A DNA stretch of 64,000 bases from Fibrobacteria bacterium (GTDB taxonomy: Bacteria; Fibrobacterota; Fibrobacteria; UBA11236). This document shows positions 39,190-49,337 of this stretch, one piece after another (position 1 is the stretch's first letter; each line of letters starts with the position of its first letter). A program made the translations under genes and the position numbers. The stretch is from positions 1 to 64,000 of the forward strand of contig JAYTSD010000006.1 of assembly GCA_043745805.1 (NCBI GenBank), written 5' to 3'. Under the pieces are notes generated by a model that had not been told where the DNA came from, did no database searches, and was given only the letters and a program-made list of their open reading frames with translations.

Positions 39190-40062
39190 TTATCCCCGTG
39201 ACATAAAGGGCTGCAAGGCCCTCCAGGTTAATTCACTGATTTTATTTTTGGAACCAGGTGTGGAAAAGGTATGATCCGATCCCTCCACAGTTTGGACTAT
39301 TACTTTTTGTTTATTTAAAAGTTCGGCAGTTTGAGTTTGTGCATTAAAATAAGCTTGAAATTCTTTAGCGGTAAAATCTTCTGTGCTTAAAAATAGATGA
39401 ATAGGTTTATTCGCCTTCACAAAATTTAAAATTCCGGCATATACTTTTTTCGGTAAAGATTGTTCAGCGGTACTGGCCTGTTCCGATTTTGCGGAAGAAT
39501 TTTTAAAGCAAGTCTTAATTATCATTTGCATTAAAGATTGTAGCGATTGTAAAGGATTAAAACGTAGCGTAATCACTTTAATAATAAAGTCCTTAGAAAA
39601 AAATCTCTGCCCATAATAATGTTTGAGCATAGTTTTGGCTTCACCCTGTTCGGTATGGATATAGGGATTGCAGAGAATTAATCCTTGTACTCGTTGCGTC
39701 AATGACGCAGTCATTACCGTGGCTGCCGCTCCATCGCAAAGCGACCAAATCACTACATTTCGCAAATGGGAATATTGCGCAAAAGCAAATTCTACTGCGG
39801 AATTAATAGACGCACTGGCGGATTCAAAGCCACTAAATTCCCCTTCGGCATCGCCATTGCCAGCATAGTCAAAACGAAGTACCGTAACACCTTTATTACT
39901 TAGCTCTCTGGCAATTTGTACAAAGGAGCGATGGCTTCCTACTCGATTTTGCGGACCGCCAATCACCATAATCATTAAAAAAGAAAATTCCGGCATAGCG
40001 CGATGTAATATGCCATATAAATTTTTCCCCTCGGCAGAAAATGAAATGACTTCTTCTTTCAT
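39190..40062 (-). CDS. Alpha/beta hydrolase 1, exosortase A system-associated type
   Basis: GGPQNRVGSHRSF, WSLCDGA, DHTFS. Confidence 0.85.
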   Translation of the reverse strand: MKEEVISFSAEGKNLYGILHRAMPEFSFLMIMVIGGPQNRVGSHRSFVQIARELSNKGVTVLRFDYAGNGDAEGEFSGFESASASINSAVEFAFAQYSHLRNVVIWSLCDGAAATVMTASLTQRVQGLILCNPYIHTEQGEAKTMLKHYYGQRFFSKDFIIKVITLRFNPLQSLQSLMQMIIKTCFKNSSAKSEQASTAEQSLPKKVYAGILNFVKANKPIHLFLSTEDFTAKEFQAYFNAQTQTAELLNKQKVIVQTVEGSDHTFSTPGSKNKISELTWRALQPFMSRG

Positions 40063-40907
40063 AGGATTTTTTTCAACCCAGCCAGCGAGGCATTATTTAA
40101 CGTAGGCGCATCCCAACGCCAATACCTATCCCAAAAGGGTTCTAGGGCTAAGGCTTCGGATTGAATTTTTTCGCTCGGCCCTATATTTTGCGCCCATTTT
40201 TGTAAGGGTGGTGTAATAGCTTCGCCTATTGAAATAATAAGTGTAGGAATGTTTAGCGTGATTTTTTTTTCGGCAAAATCCAAAAAGGAATGATATAAGT
40301 CGGGACTAAAAGGATAGCCCATCACTTCAAAACTCTCCCCACTTTCCAGTTGTTGCATTAAAGATTTAACCGTAACACCGGAATTACCTCCGCTTGTAAT
40401 GCCGGTACTTAATTTTTGTCGCAAAAATTGCTGTAAAAAAAGTTTAATGTCGGGTAAGGGTTGCCAAAGCAAAAGAAAAGTGATCTCGGAATGCATGGCC
40501 GCATAATAAGCGGCTAAATTCGCCCCTAAGCGTAAGCCCCATAAACCTATTTGCGTGGCTTGAGATTTGGCTTTTAATAATTCAATAGCCGATCCGATTT
40601 CGGCTAACCAGTTTTGCAAAGAGGCCTCGTTTAAATCGCCTTCACTATCGCCACAGCCACTAAAATCAAAACGCAAAACGGCAAACCCATTTTGCGCCAA
40701 GGTACGCGCGGTTTTCACGACTATGCTATGGCTTTGATTTTTTTCTTCGGCAAAAGGATGACAATAAACTATGGCCGCCGAGGTTTGGATATTTTGTGCG
40801 GGATGATAAAATCCCAGCAATTGCCGACCTTGCCCATTTTGTGGGCCCGCAAAAAAAAACATCTCTTCAGCAACCATAGACAAACCAGAGGATAAACTAG
40901 GCAACAA
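40059..40907 (-). CDS. Alpha/beta hydrolase 2, exosortase A system-associated type
   Basis: HPFAEEKN, GCGDSEGD, WGLRLGA, LWQP; alternative ATG at 40877. Confidence 0.85.
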   Translation of the reverse strand: MLPSLSSGLSMVAEEMFFFAGPQNGQGRQLLGFYHPAQNIQTSAAIVYCHPFAEEKNQSHSIVVKTARTLAQNGFAVLRFDFSGCGDSEGDLNEASLQNWLAEIGSAIELLKAKSQATQIGLWGLRLGANLAAYYAAMHSEITFLLLWQPLPDIKLFLQQFLRQKLSTGITSGGNSGVTVKSLMQQLESGESFEVMGYPFSPDLYHSFLDFAEKKITLNIPTLIISIGEAITPPLQKWAQNIGPSEKIQSEALALEPFWDRYWRWDAPTLNNASLAGLKKIL

Positions 40908-40909
40908 GC

Positions 40910-41155
40910 TTAAACTTTCTTTTGTACTAATTCCACCAAGGATTGTACCGATTCGAAAGATTCAGCCGATAAATCTTCATCTTCAAAAGCAAAACCGAAA
41001 TGCTCTTCCAAGGCCACAATTAAGCTATTCACGGCCATAGAATCCAATAGGTTACCTACCAATTTCATATCGTCGGGAATGGGCTTGGTACGATATTCAC
41101 CGCCGACGCTTTGGGCAATTATTTTTTTGATTTGTTCTTTTAGGTCTTGTGTCAT
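40910..41155 (-). CDS. Acyl carrier protein
   Basis: LDSMAV phosphopantetheine site; acidic 81 aa. Confidence 0.9.
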   Translation of the reverse strand: MTQDLKEQIKKIIAQSVGGEYRTKPIPDDMKLVGNLLDSMAVNSLIVALEEHFGFAFEDEDLSAESFESVQSLVELVQKKV

Positions 41156-41173
41156 AATGATCTTTCCTGATTT

Positions 41174-43048
41174 TTATTTTGCATCGGCATGTTCGCGCAT
41201 CCAAAGTTCCAGCACAAACAAATAATAGAGATAGCTTCCGAAATAAGACGTTTTGTCGGATTTACTTTTTTTATACAAACCATCGATAAAGTTATTTTGG
41301 AAAATATTACGCGCCTTTAAGCGGCCATCGAATAAAGTATCCATTAATAATTTATTGAGCTCTCCTTCGCGTAACATCCAGCGTACTACGGGGATACCAA
41401 AGCCATGTTTCTTTTTATTGATAATATCTTTCGGCAACATATGGCGAAAGGATTCTTTATATAAATAACGCAATTGTCCATTATGAACTTTTAAATCCGA
41501 AGGAATCAGTCCACTGAATTCTACTACCTCATGATCGAGAAAAGGATAGCGAACCTTTATGCCTGCAAGCTCAGTCATGCGATTGACTTTGCGTAAATCA
41601 TTATCCATTAAAGTGATTTTTAAATCATGAAATAAAAACTGATCTAAAGCATCCTTAGTTCCTGCACCTTCTAAATAATGTTGGGCAATATCTTGCGGGC
41701 GCACAAATTTTTGTTGCATTAAAAAATCTTTATGAAAAATTTTGGCATAATCGGGAAAGTAATAGGAAATATCATAGGCATGTATGCGTTCATGCAATGG
41801 CGCATTCGCGCGCTTGACATAATTTTCGGCTTGTAAGATAATTCCTTTTTTGGACCAATTCGGCAACGGCGCAAGCATCTTGCCTGCTAAGGTCACTGCC
41901 CAATTTGGAAAGCGTTGGAAATTGGAAAAATATTCGAGGTAACGGGTATTTCCGCCAAAAACTTCATCGCCGCCATCACCACCTAATAAAACATTAATTC
42001 CATTTTCGCGCGCTTTGGCTGCACAAAAATAAGTAGGGATAACGGAAGAGTTTGCATAAGGCTCATCGAAAGATTTAATAATTATCGGCAAGGATTTTAA
42101 AATGTCATCAGGTGTTACATAGTATTCATGACTTTGGGTTTTAAAGGCATTCACGGCAATATGCACATATTCCATTTCATCATAGCCAGGTTCATCAAAG
42201 CCCATGGAAAAGGTTTTGGCCTCGCCAGGATGCAATTGACTAATTAATCCAGCCACCAAACTGGAATCGGTTCCGCCACTTAAAAAGGCTCCCACATTTT
42301 GAATAGAACTGCGATAATCTAAATCGCGTTGTACGGCTTGTAACATTAACTGTTGGATTTTTTCCTTTAGTTTTTTTTCGTCGCGCCATTTTTCTTGCGG
42401 ATATTGCATGGACCAATATTTTTCCACGCGCGCCTGGCCTTTATCTATGCGCAAACAATGTCCGCTTTCGAGCTTGCGAACGTCTTTATAAATAGTGCCC
42501 GGCGTAGGAATCATTTCCATGTGCAAATAGCTGAAAACGGCTTGCGGAGAAATTTCTCTTTTAAAGCCTGGCATTGCGGCAATGGCCGCAATTTTGGAGG
42601 CGATTACTAATCCCTCTGAATCTTCCCAATACACTAAAGGCTTAATGCCTATGCGATCGGTAAAAGCAAAACCTTTTTGCGCTTGCTTTTCCCAAATAAA
42701 TACGGCGAAAGGCCCCGCAATTTCTTTCCACCAATTTTCATGGTGTTTTTGATAGAGGTCTGCAATAATGGAGGCTTCGCTAAATCCTTCACGCCCGCTC
42801 GCAGACCAAAAGTCGCGGAAATTGTGAATTTCTGCATCGCATAATACGATTAGATTTTCATTTTCAAATACACCACCACCTGCACCATCGGTAAAGGCAT
42901 TATACATGCCTCCACCTACAGAGCCAGCGACCACCGTTTTGGTACTGCCTCGATTGGGATAGCGCATTGCTTGTAATAAAGCATCTACAGTTTCACGAGC
43001 AACAGGACGCTCCTGATTTTTATGTATGCGTACGCAAATTCCACTCAT
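41174..43048 (-). CDS. Asparagine synthase-like amide ligase lacking the N-terminal Cys
   Basis: Starts MSGIC; DRIGIKPL, FLSGGTDSS, GDGGDEVFGG, RYPFLD. Confidence 0.88.
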   Translation of the reverse strand: MSGICVRIHKNQERPVARETVDALLQAMRYPNRGSTKTVVAGSVGGGMYNAFTDGAGGGVFENENLIVLCDAEIHNFRDFWSASGREGFSEASIIADLYQKHHENWWKEIAGPFAVFIWEKQAQKGFAFTDRIGIKPLVYWEDSEGLVIASKIAAIAAMPGFKREISPQAVFSYLHMEMIPTPGTIYKDVRKLESGHCLRIDKGQARVEKYWSMQYPQEKWRDEKKLKEKIQQLMLQAVQRDLDYRSSIQNVGAFLSGGTDSSLVAGLISQLHPGEAKTFSMGFDEPGYDEMEYVHIAVNAFKTQSHEYYVTPDDILKSLPIIIKSFDEPYANSSVIPTYFCAAKARENGINVLLGGDGGDEVFGGNTRYLEYFSNFQRFPNWAVTLAGKMLAPLPNWSKKGIILQAENYVKRANAPLHERIHAYDISYYFPDYAKIFHKDFLMQQKFVRPQDIAQHYLEGAGTKDALDQFLFHDLKITLMDNDLRKVNRMTELAGIKVRYPFLDHEVVEFSGLIPSDLKVHNGQLRYLYKESFRHMLPKDIINKKKHGFGIPVVRWMLREGELNKLLMDTLFDGRLKARNIFQNNFIDGLYKKSKSDKTSYFGSYLYYLFVLELWMREHADAK

Positions 43049-43054
43049 GTTTCC

Positions 43055-44932
43055 TCAAATCCTCTTGGTATCGACATCGACAAAAGCTTGATGCCACAAT
43101 TCAAAATTAATAAGACTCCATATCCATAGGCTATAATCGCGTTGACCTTTTGCATGTTCTTGCAAAATTTTGCGTATGGATGAATTTTTAAAATAGCCAC
43201 GTTTTTGAAAACGCTCACTGGTTAGTAAATCCCAAGCATAGGTTTTTAATTCGCGCTGAAACCATTGTTCCCGCGGAATAGCAAAGCCTTGTTTCTTTTT
43301 ATTTAAAATGGATTCGGGCAAGTAACGTGCAGCGACTTTGCGCAAAATATATTTCCCGCGACCATCTTGCATTTGTATTTCCCAGGGGATGGAAGCCGCA
43401 AATTCTACAATATTATAATCAAGCAGTGGCGCACGTGTTTCCAAGGAGTTGGCCATGGACATCCGATCGACTTTCATTAAAATATCTTCCGGTAAATACA
43501 CCTTGGTGTCGAGATATTGCAAACGACTAATCCAAGCCTGAGGTGCATTTTGCCAATAGCCTAATGCACTATACGGATCTAGTCCCTGTAAAAACTGTTC
43601 ACGCATTTCAGGAGTAAATAAATCGTCTTTAATAGGTGGATAAAGTTCCACCATTTCTCCGCGCTCATATTTTTCTAATTGCGCTAAACGCTTCAAGAAA
43701 TTTTTTCCCCGCGCCTGCATAGGTAGAGCGGATCCGAGTGGACCTAAAATTTGTTCGCGTAAAAATTTTGGAATTGCTTTGTACTTTGCGTATTCACCAT
43801 GCCAACGGTAATGATTATATCCCGCAAATAATTCATCGCCGCCATCACCTGCTAAAATCACAGTTACTTTTTCGCGCGCCAATTTTGACACATAATAGGT
43901 AGGTAACGCGGAAGAGTCGGCAAAGGGTTCATCAAAATGCCAAACTAAGGAGGGCAATAAACCTACTGCATCCGCTTGGGCGGTGAACTCCGTATGGGTT
44001 GTGGCAAATTTTTCGGCAATTAAGCGTGCATCTGCTGCTTCGGAATATCCTTTTTCTGTAAAGTCGATAGTGAAGGTGCGCACGGGTTCGGCGCTCGCCT
44101 TGGCCATCATGGCCACCACTAAACTGGAATCAATGCCGCCGCTTAAAAAAGCACCGAGCGGCACTTCGCTGAGTAAACGTCTTTTTACTGCGGCTTGTAA
44201 TAGGGAATCCAATTTGTCGACATAGTCCATTTCTGTTTTACATTCCGTATTAGGCTTATATTCGACGTCCCAATATTGGGTAACTTTTAAGTTACTATCT
44301 TGCAAAAGCAAAAAATGCCCAGGACGTAATTTTTGAATGCCTTGAAATATGGTTTTCGGTGCAGGAATATAAGCATAAGAGAAAAATTGATTGACGGCTG
44401 CGGGATCTACTTGTCGAGCGATTTCCGGTTCGGCTAAAATAGATTTCATTTCCGAAGCAAAGAGAAAGCGTTTTTGATCGTGATAAAAATACAGAGGCTT
44501 TTTACCTAAGCGATCCCGGGCGGCAAATAATCTTTTGCGCGGCGCATCCCAAATGGCGAATGCAAACATACCGTTGAGTTTATGCACGATGTCAGGACCA
44601 TAAGCGGCATAGCCGTTTAAGATGACTTCGGTATCGGAATGGGTGCGAAAGACAAAGCCTTTTGCTTGCAACTCTTTACGCAGTTCTTGGAAATTATAAA
44701 TCTCTCCATTAAAAACTAAGACTATAGATTCATCAGGAGTGAGCATGGGTTGGGTGCCGCCGGATAAATCGATAATGCTTAAGCGTTGATGCCCAAGACC
44801 CACATTGTTTTTTAACCATAAGCCTTCGGCATCGGGACCGCGATGCACAATTAGGTTACCCATACGTCGTAGTATCGAACGTTTATTTTCAATAGGCTCT
44901 TTAAAAGAAATATATCCGAATATGCCACACAT
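43055..44932 (-). CDS. asnB: Asparagine synthase (glutamine-hydrolysing)-family amidotransferase, polysaccharide-associated
   Basis: MCGIFG, HRGPD, RLSIID, FNGEIYN, LSGGIDSS, KVDRMSMANSLE. Confidence 0.9.
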   Translation of the reverse strand: MCGIFGYISFKEPIENKRSILRRMGNLIVHRGPDAEGLWLKNNVGLGHQRLSIIDLSGGTQPMLTPDESIVLVFNGEIYNFQELRKELQAKGFVFRTHSDTEVILNGYAAYGPDIVHKLNGMFAFAIWDAPRKRLFAARDRLGKKPLYFYHDQKRFLFASEMKSILAEPEIARQVDPAAVNQFFSYAYIPAPKTIFQGIQKLRPGHFLLLQDSNLKVTQYWDVEYKPNTECKTEMDYVDKLDSLLQAAVKRRLLSEVPLGAFLSGGIDSSLVVAMMAKASAEPVRTFTIDFTEKGYSEAADARLIAEKFATTHTEFTAQADAVGLLPSLVWHFDEPFADSSALPTYYVSKLAREKVTVILAGDGGDELFAGYNHYRWHGEYAKYKAIPKFLREQILGPLGSALPMQARGKNFLKRLAQLEKYERGEMVELYPPIKDDLFTPEMREQFLQGLDPYSALGYWQNAPQAWISRLQYLDTKVYLPEDILMKVDRMSMANSLETRAPLLDYNIVEFAASIPWEIQMQDGRGKYILRKVAARYLPESILNKKKQGFAIPREQWFQRELKTYAWDLLTSERFQKRGYFKNSSIRKILQEHAKGQRDYSLWIWSLINFELWHQAFVDVDTKRI

Positions 44933-44933
44933 A

Positions 44934-46469
44934 TTAAATCATTCCCAATTTAATTTTAATTGCCGCTGCAAAGGAATGACGATGCGCTTTAGCCACGATA
45001 AATCGATAGGTTACCCCTAAATGAAAAAGGGTAATGCAACAACCTGCTGCAAAAAGAAAAGCCCAGCCATGAAATGGAATAAAGGGCAATAGAAAAAATC
45101 CTATGCTAAAAGTGACTGTGGCCAAAGTTATATTCGGTAATACCGAAATACGCCAAAACTCTAATAAACTACTCCCCACTTGTCTCGCGGTGGAAAGGGG
45201 AATAATAAATCCTTCGAATAAACAAGCGGGAATTAAAGCGGCAAAGGCAATACCCAACATGCCATATGGTTTAACCAAAAACAAACTGAGTAAAAACGTG
45301 CTAATAGTTTCACCTAAAATAAAAGCCGCAAAGATTTTGTTTTTCCGGCGGCCAAAAAGAATTTGTTGCGCTACGGCTGAGGATAAAGCCGCAACATTAG
45401 CTAATGTTAATAATACTAATACCGTACTACTCGATCCATAAGGTTCTGCGAGTAGATATTTTTCTCCCATCCATTGACCCAAGAAGGGTTTGCCTAACAG
45501 TAAAAGGTTTAAGGCAATGATACAGACCATGGCAAATAGATAACGAGACCCAGTAAGCAGTAAGGAACGAATGGCGTTCAAATCATTTTTGACATCCATA
45601 GGAATGACGATTTGTAACAAAGGAGTGGACACTGCGCTAATTAAACCGACCATATAGGGTAACATTTCGGAACCAATATTGTAATAGGTAACCGCCGCAG
45701 ATCCAATGGCTTTCCCAATGATAAATGGCCCGGCAATTTGTCCAAATTGATAAAAGGTACCGATCAGAAAATTAAAGGCACCATAATTAAATAGTTCACC
45801 AAATACCTTTGCTTCAAAGGATGGGCACCGTAATTTGATTTGGGGTTGCACACGAAAAGCTAAGACTATACCAATGAGACCTTCGAGAATTTGCGTAGAA
45901 AAATTAATGCAGGCCATGGCAAGTAAACCCATATCTCCTCGTAAGGCAAGTACAATGCAACTGGCATTTATTAAGCGAATAAAAAGCGCGGTGCCACTCA
46001 CTAAATCAAATCGCTGTGCTCCAATAATCATACCCTGAAAAATACTAAGCGGAAATTTTAAAGCTGTGGCTGCTCCTAATATTAATAGGGCATTTCGAAC
46101 GGTGGGGATGCCTTCGGGATCGATATTAATAAAATGAGGGAAAATTCGTGAAACAACAAATGATAAAATCAAGATTAAAATACCGAGGCCAGAAAGTACT
46201 GTAAATGCAGAATTAGCTTTGGCATTGAGCTGTTGAATATTTCCATCGGCCATATGCCTAGTAATATAATGTCCAACAGCACCCTGCATTCCCAAATCAA
46301 GATAACCATAATAACCTGTAATCATTATCGCTAATGACCAAAGTCCATAATGCCCATCGCCTAAATGCTTCACAATAAAAGGCGATAAGAAAAAGCCAAC
46401 TACAATAGTCGTGAAAAAAGATCCCCAGTTAACTAGGATGTTACGAGTGTACTGTTTGGAATTGAACAA
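44934..46469 (-). CDS. Wzx-type polysaccharide flippase
   Basis: Many TM segments; SPFIVKHLG..YGLWSL..YLDLG pattern. Confidence 0.85.
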   Translation of the reverse strand: MFNSKQYTRNILVNWGSFFTTIVVGFFLSPFIVKHLGDGHYGLWSLAIMITGYYGYLDLGMQGAVGHYITRHMADGNIQQLNAKANSAFTVLSGLGILILILSFVVSRIFPHFINIDPEGIPTVRNALLILGAATALKFPLSIFQGMIIGAQRFDLVSGTALFIRLINASCIVLALRGDMGLLAMACINFSTQILEGLIGIVLAFRVQPQIKLRCPSFEAKVFGELFNYGAFNFLIGTFYQFGQIAGPFIIGKAIGSAAVTYYNIGSEMLPYMVGLISAVSTPLLQIVIPMDVKNDLNAIRSLLLTGSRYLFAMVCIIALNLLLLGKPFLGQWMGEKYLLAEPYGSSSTVLVLLTLANVAALSSAVAQQILFGRRKNKIFAAFILGETISTFLLSLFLVKPYGMLGIAFAALIPACLFEGFIIPLSTARQVGSSLLEFWRISVLPNITLATVTFSIGFFLLPFIPFHGWAFLFAAGCCITLFHLGVTYRFIVAKAHRHSFAAAIKIKLGMI

Positions 46470-46478
46470 AGTTGCTTT

Positions 46479-47120
46479 CTAAAAAATAGCTTTACGAATA
46501 TGAAATGCTTCGGCATATTGCGCATTGCTTTCTAAACCACGTAAGCGTAATAAAGACCAAAATACATCGTCAGTAAACCAATGTTTTTCTCTCTGTGAAG
46601 CATAGGCTTTGCTCAAAAAAGCGATTTTATTTTCACTGAGTCCCTTTTCTAAGGGAGAAAAGAAATTGGGTATGCCCATATCGCCATCCCATTTTGGGAT
46701 TTCATATTCTAAAATAAGATGATTACGAAAAGTGTTCCAGGTTAATTCATTCACCAAGCGATGATCTTGATGCAAATCTTTGCGATAATGCGTAAAAATT
46801 AAATCGGGTGCAAAATCTTTTTTTATTTGTTCAAAATGTTCTTTAATTTCTAAACCACTATAAGGCAAAAAGCCATCGCGAAAATTTTTGATGATAATAT
46901 TTTTTTTATTCACCTGGCGCAAAAACTTTTCCGCGCAGGCACGCGCTTCTAACTCACGTGCTGGAGTTGAGGAGAAAACTACCCAATGAAATTCAGCATC
47001 CGGACATTGCTCGGCAATTTTTAAAATCGTTCCGCCACAACCAATTTCAATATCATCGCAATGCGCACCTAAGCAAAGTACTTTGAGATCTCGCTGTTTG
47101 CAAAACTCCAAGGCCAACAT
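46479..47120 (-). CDS. PIG-L family deacetylase
   Basis: GAHCDDIEIG, DLHQDH; ATG overlaps upstream stop. Confidence 0.9.
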   Translation of the reverse strand: MLALEFCKQRDLKVLCLGAHCDDIEIGCGGTILKIAEQCPDAEFHWVVFSSTPARELEARACAEKFLRQVNKKNIIIKNFRDGFLPYSGLEIKEHFEQIKKDFAPDLIFTHYRKDLHQDHRLVNELTWNTFRNHLILEYEIPKWDGDMGIPNFFSPLEKGLSENKIAFLSKAYASQREKHWFTDDVFWSLLRLRGLESNAQYAEAFHIRKAIF

Positions 47121-47914
47121 TAAGCGACTCCCGATTTCTTCCACAATTCCCAAGGCGCTTCGCCCTTAGCATATTTATCATCAAGTAATTGCTTGTCTTT
47201 GAACGTATCCATACAAGTCCAAAAACCTTTATAGCGATAGGAAATTAATTCGTTGTTTTGAATAAGACGTTGAAAAGGTTCGTGTACTAATTCTTCGCCT
47301 TGATGTAAGGATTTAAAAATATCTTGTTTGAAAATAAAATAACCGCCATTGATCCAAATACCACTTTGACTTAAGTCTTGAATGTCTTTAACCAAACCAT
47401 TTTCTTGTACATCGACTACATGAAAGCTTTGTGTAGGCTTTATACTTAAAAAGGACGCTGTTTTATTAGACTGCCGGAAAAAATCGGTATAGGTATCCAA
47501 TGGTAAATCGCTAAGTCCATCGCTATAATTAGCATAGAACATTTCTTCGCCTTCTAAATGTTTTTGTACCGCCTTCAAACGCATACCTATATTAGAATTG
47601 AGGCCGGTATCACAAAAAGTAATTTTCCAATCTTGAATATCACTATTTAGCAGTTGTGGTTTTTTATCGGGACTTCCACCATTTAAAATAAAATCATTAC
47701 TGAGCCATTCCTCATAATTGATGAAATAATTTTTAATCATGTCGGCTTTATGCCCTAAACACAGAATAAAATCTTTATGCCCATAATGCGCATAATATTT
47801 CATTACATGCCATAGTATGGGACGATAGCCGATAGGCACCATAGGCTTAGGAACACTTTCTGAATATTCACGTAAACGCATGCCTAATCCACCGCAGAAT
47901 AATACGACTTTCAT
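47120..47914 (-). CDS. rfbF: Glucose-1-phosphate cytidylyltransferase
   Basis: MKVVLFCGGLGMRLRE, PKPMVPIG, WINGGYF, FWTCMDT. Confidence 0.88.
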   Translation of the reverse strand: MKVVLFCGGLGMRLREYSESVPKPMVPIGYRPILWHVMKYYAHYGHKDFILCLGHKADMIKNYFINYEEWLSNDFILNGGSPDKKPQLLNSDIQDWKITFCDTGLNSNIGMRLKAVQKHLEGEEMFYANYSDGLSDLPLDTYTDFFRQSNKTASFLSIKPTQSFHVVDVQENGLVKDIQDLSQSGIWINGGYFIFKQDIFKSLHQGEELVHEPFQRLIQNNELISYRYKGFWTCMDTFKDKQLLDDKYAKGEAPWELWKKSGVA

Positions 47915-47955
47915 AATAACTCCCTATTATTTAATAACAGAATTCTCTGCTTTTT

Positions 47956-49335
47956 TTAGTTCATTAATTTTTGTATTAATTTTAAACTCACTAGAGTTTG
48001 TGCCGCATGATTTAAAGCTGTAAAAGCAATACCTGATTTTTTAGCAATATCAAGCAAGCTATGTTGTCCATCGGAATAGTTTAAGGTCCATAGCAAGGCT
48101 AATTCATTTAATCCATTATCTTTTTGATCGGCTAAGGCCTTATATACGCCACGACGACCTAGCATTGGTTCACATTTAGGATTGAGATTTAAATACTTTC
48201 GATTAAGCTCTAAGATATTTAAAATCGCTAAAATCTTTTCCAAAGAATCCGCTAAAGCATAAGGCTTAACAAAATCGGGATTATCGCCCGAAGTGTGGTA
48301 TTCGGGAAATTCACCATGCGGTGTGCGCATAAGACTTCCCACCGGTAAATTAAATCCCGGCGAACAATATTGTCTTTCATCATAACCATAAGGGATGAAA
48401 TCTTTGAGAGTATGGGGCTGTTGACTTTGTGTCAATACATATTCCGCAGCACTGTCAATTGCAGCATTCCCACGACGACTGCGCTTATAAGTCATGGATC
48501 CACTATCGCCTAACAATGAGAGTACCAGGCCATGCTTAATGTTTTCGGTTTGTTTTTCATTTAAAGCGAGCCAGGTAATGGATCCAATTGTTACGGGAAC
48601 AAATACAAAGCGATAGGAATAATGCCGATGGCGTGGATCAAGTTTCCCCAAGTAACTTGCCAGTAACGTAGCAACACTGATACCCGATAGATTATCATTA
48701 CATAAAGAAGGATGACAAACATGGCAAGAAATTAAAACTTCGTCGGTGCTTGAGCCGGGTAATAAGTATTCTCCATAAGTAAGGGAACCCTCTTCTAGGG
48801 AGGAATCTATATACACTTCATATTCATCTTCAGGCAAAGCCTGCAATTGCTTGTGTGCAAGACAGAAGCCCCAACTCTCTTTATAAAAGGAATTGCGATA
48901 TTGAATCCAATCGGGTTTGTCGGGCATGCTAAATAAATGTGGTTTTAATTCCGCTAAAGACATTTTCGCTTTAATGGGCGTACTATAACCGATAACATGT
49001 AAGTTACAGTGTTGGAAATCTATGACTCTTTCGCCACGTGAATTTTTCACATAAGCATCACGAATATTCCATTCTTTAGGTACTACCCAGTCGAATACCG
49101 CCGTGCCCGTAGGCACTTCACGAATGCTCAAGGGAATATGTTCGGATAAGTGTTTGAGGGTTTGGCGAACGCCATCACCGGTAATACTACGGCAAATGGG
49201 ATAGAGCTGGCGAATAATAGCATGTAAAGCCTCGCCAATATTTTGTAGAGATAATGCCTCGGTTAATCCTTGCATACCAAAAACATGCGGCTTAGCGTTC
49301 GAATTTTCTGTAGGAATGCTTGGCGTTTTATCCAA
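47956..49335 (-). CDS. DUF4910 family (aminopeptidase-like, polysaccharide-associated) protein
   Basis: LYPICRSITGDGVR, HVCHPSLCNDNLSG, GYDERQYCSPG. Confidence 0.85.
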   Translation of the reverse strand: MDKTPSIPTENSNAKPHVFGMQGLTEALSLQNIGEALHAIIRQLYPICRSITGDGVRQTLKHLSEHIPLSIREVPTGTAVFDWVVPKEWNIRDAYVKNSRGERVIDFQHCNLHVIGYSTPIKAKMSLAELKPHLFSMPDKPDWIQYRNSFYKESWGFCLAHKQLQALPEDEYEVYIDSSLEEGSLTYGEYLLPGSSTDEVLISCHVCHPSLCNDNLSGISVATLLASYLGKLDPRHRHYSYRFVFVPVTIGSITWLALNEKQTENIKHGLVLSLLGDSGSMTYKRSRRGNAAIDSAAEYVLTQSQQPHTLKDFIPYGYDERQYCSPGFNLPVGSLMRTPHGEFPEYHTSGDNPDFVKPYALADSLEKILAILNILELNRKYLNLNPKCEPMLGRRGVYKALADQKDNGLNELALLWTLNYSDGQHSLLDIAKKSGIAFTALNHAAQTLVSLKLIQKLMN

Positions 49336-49337
49336 AA

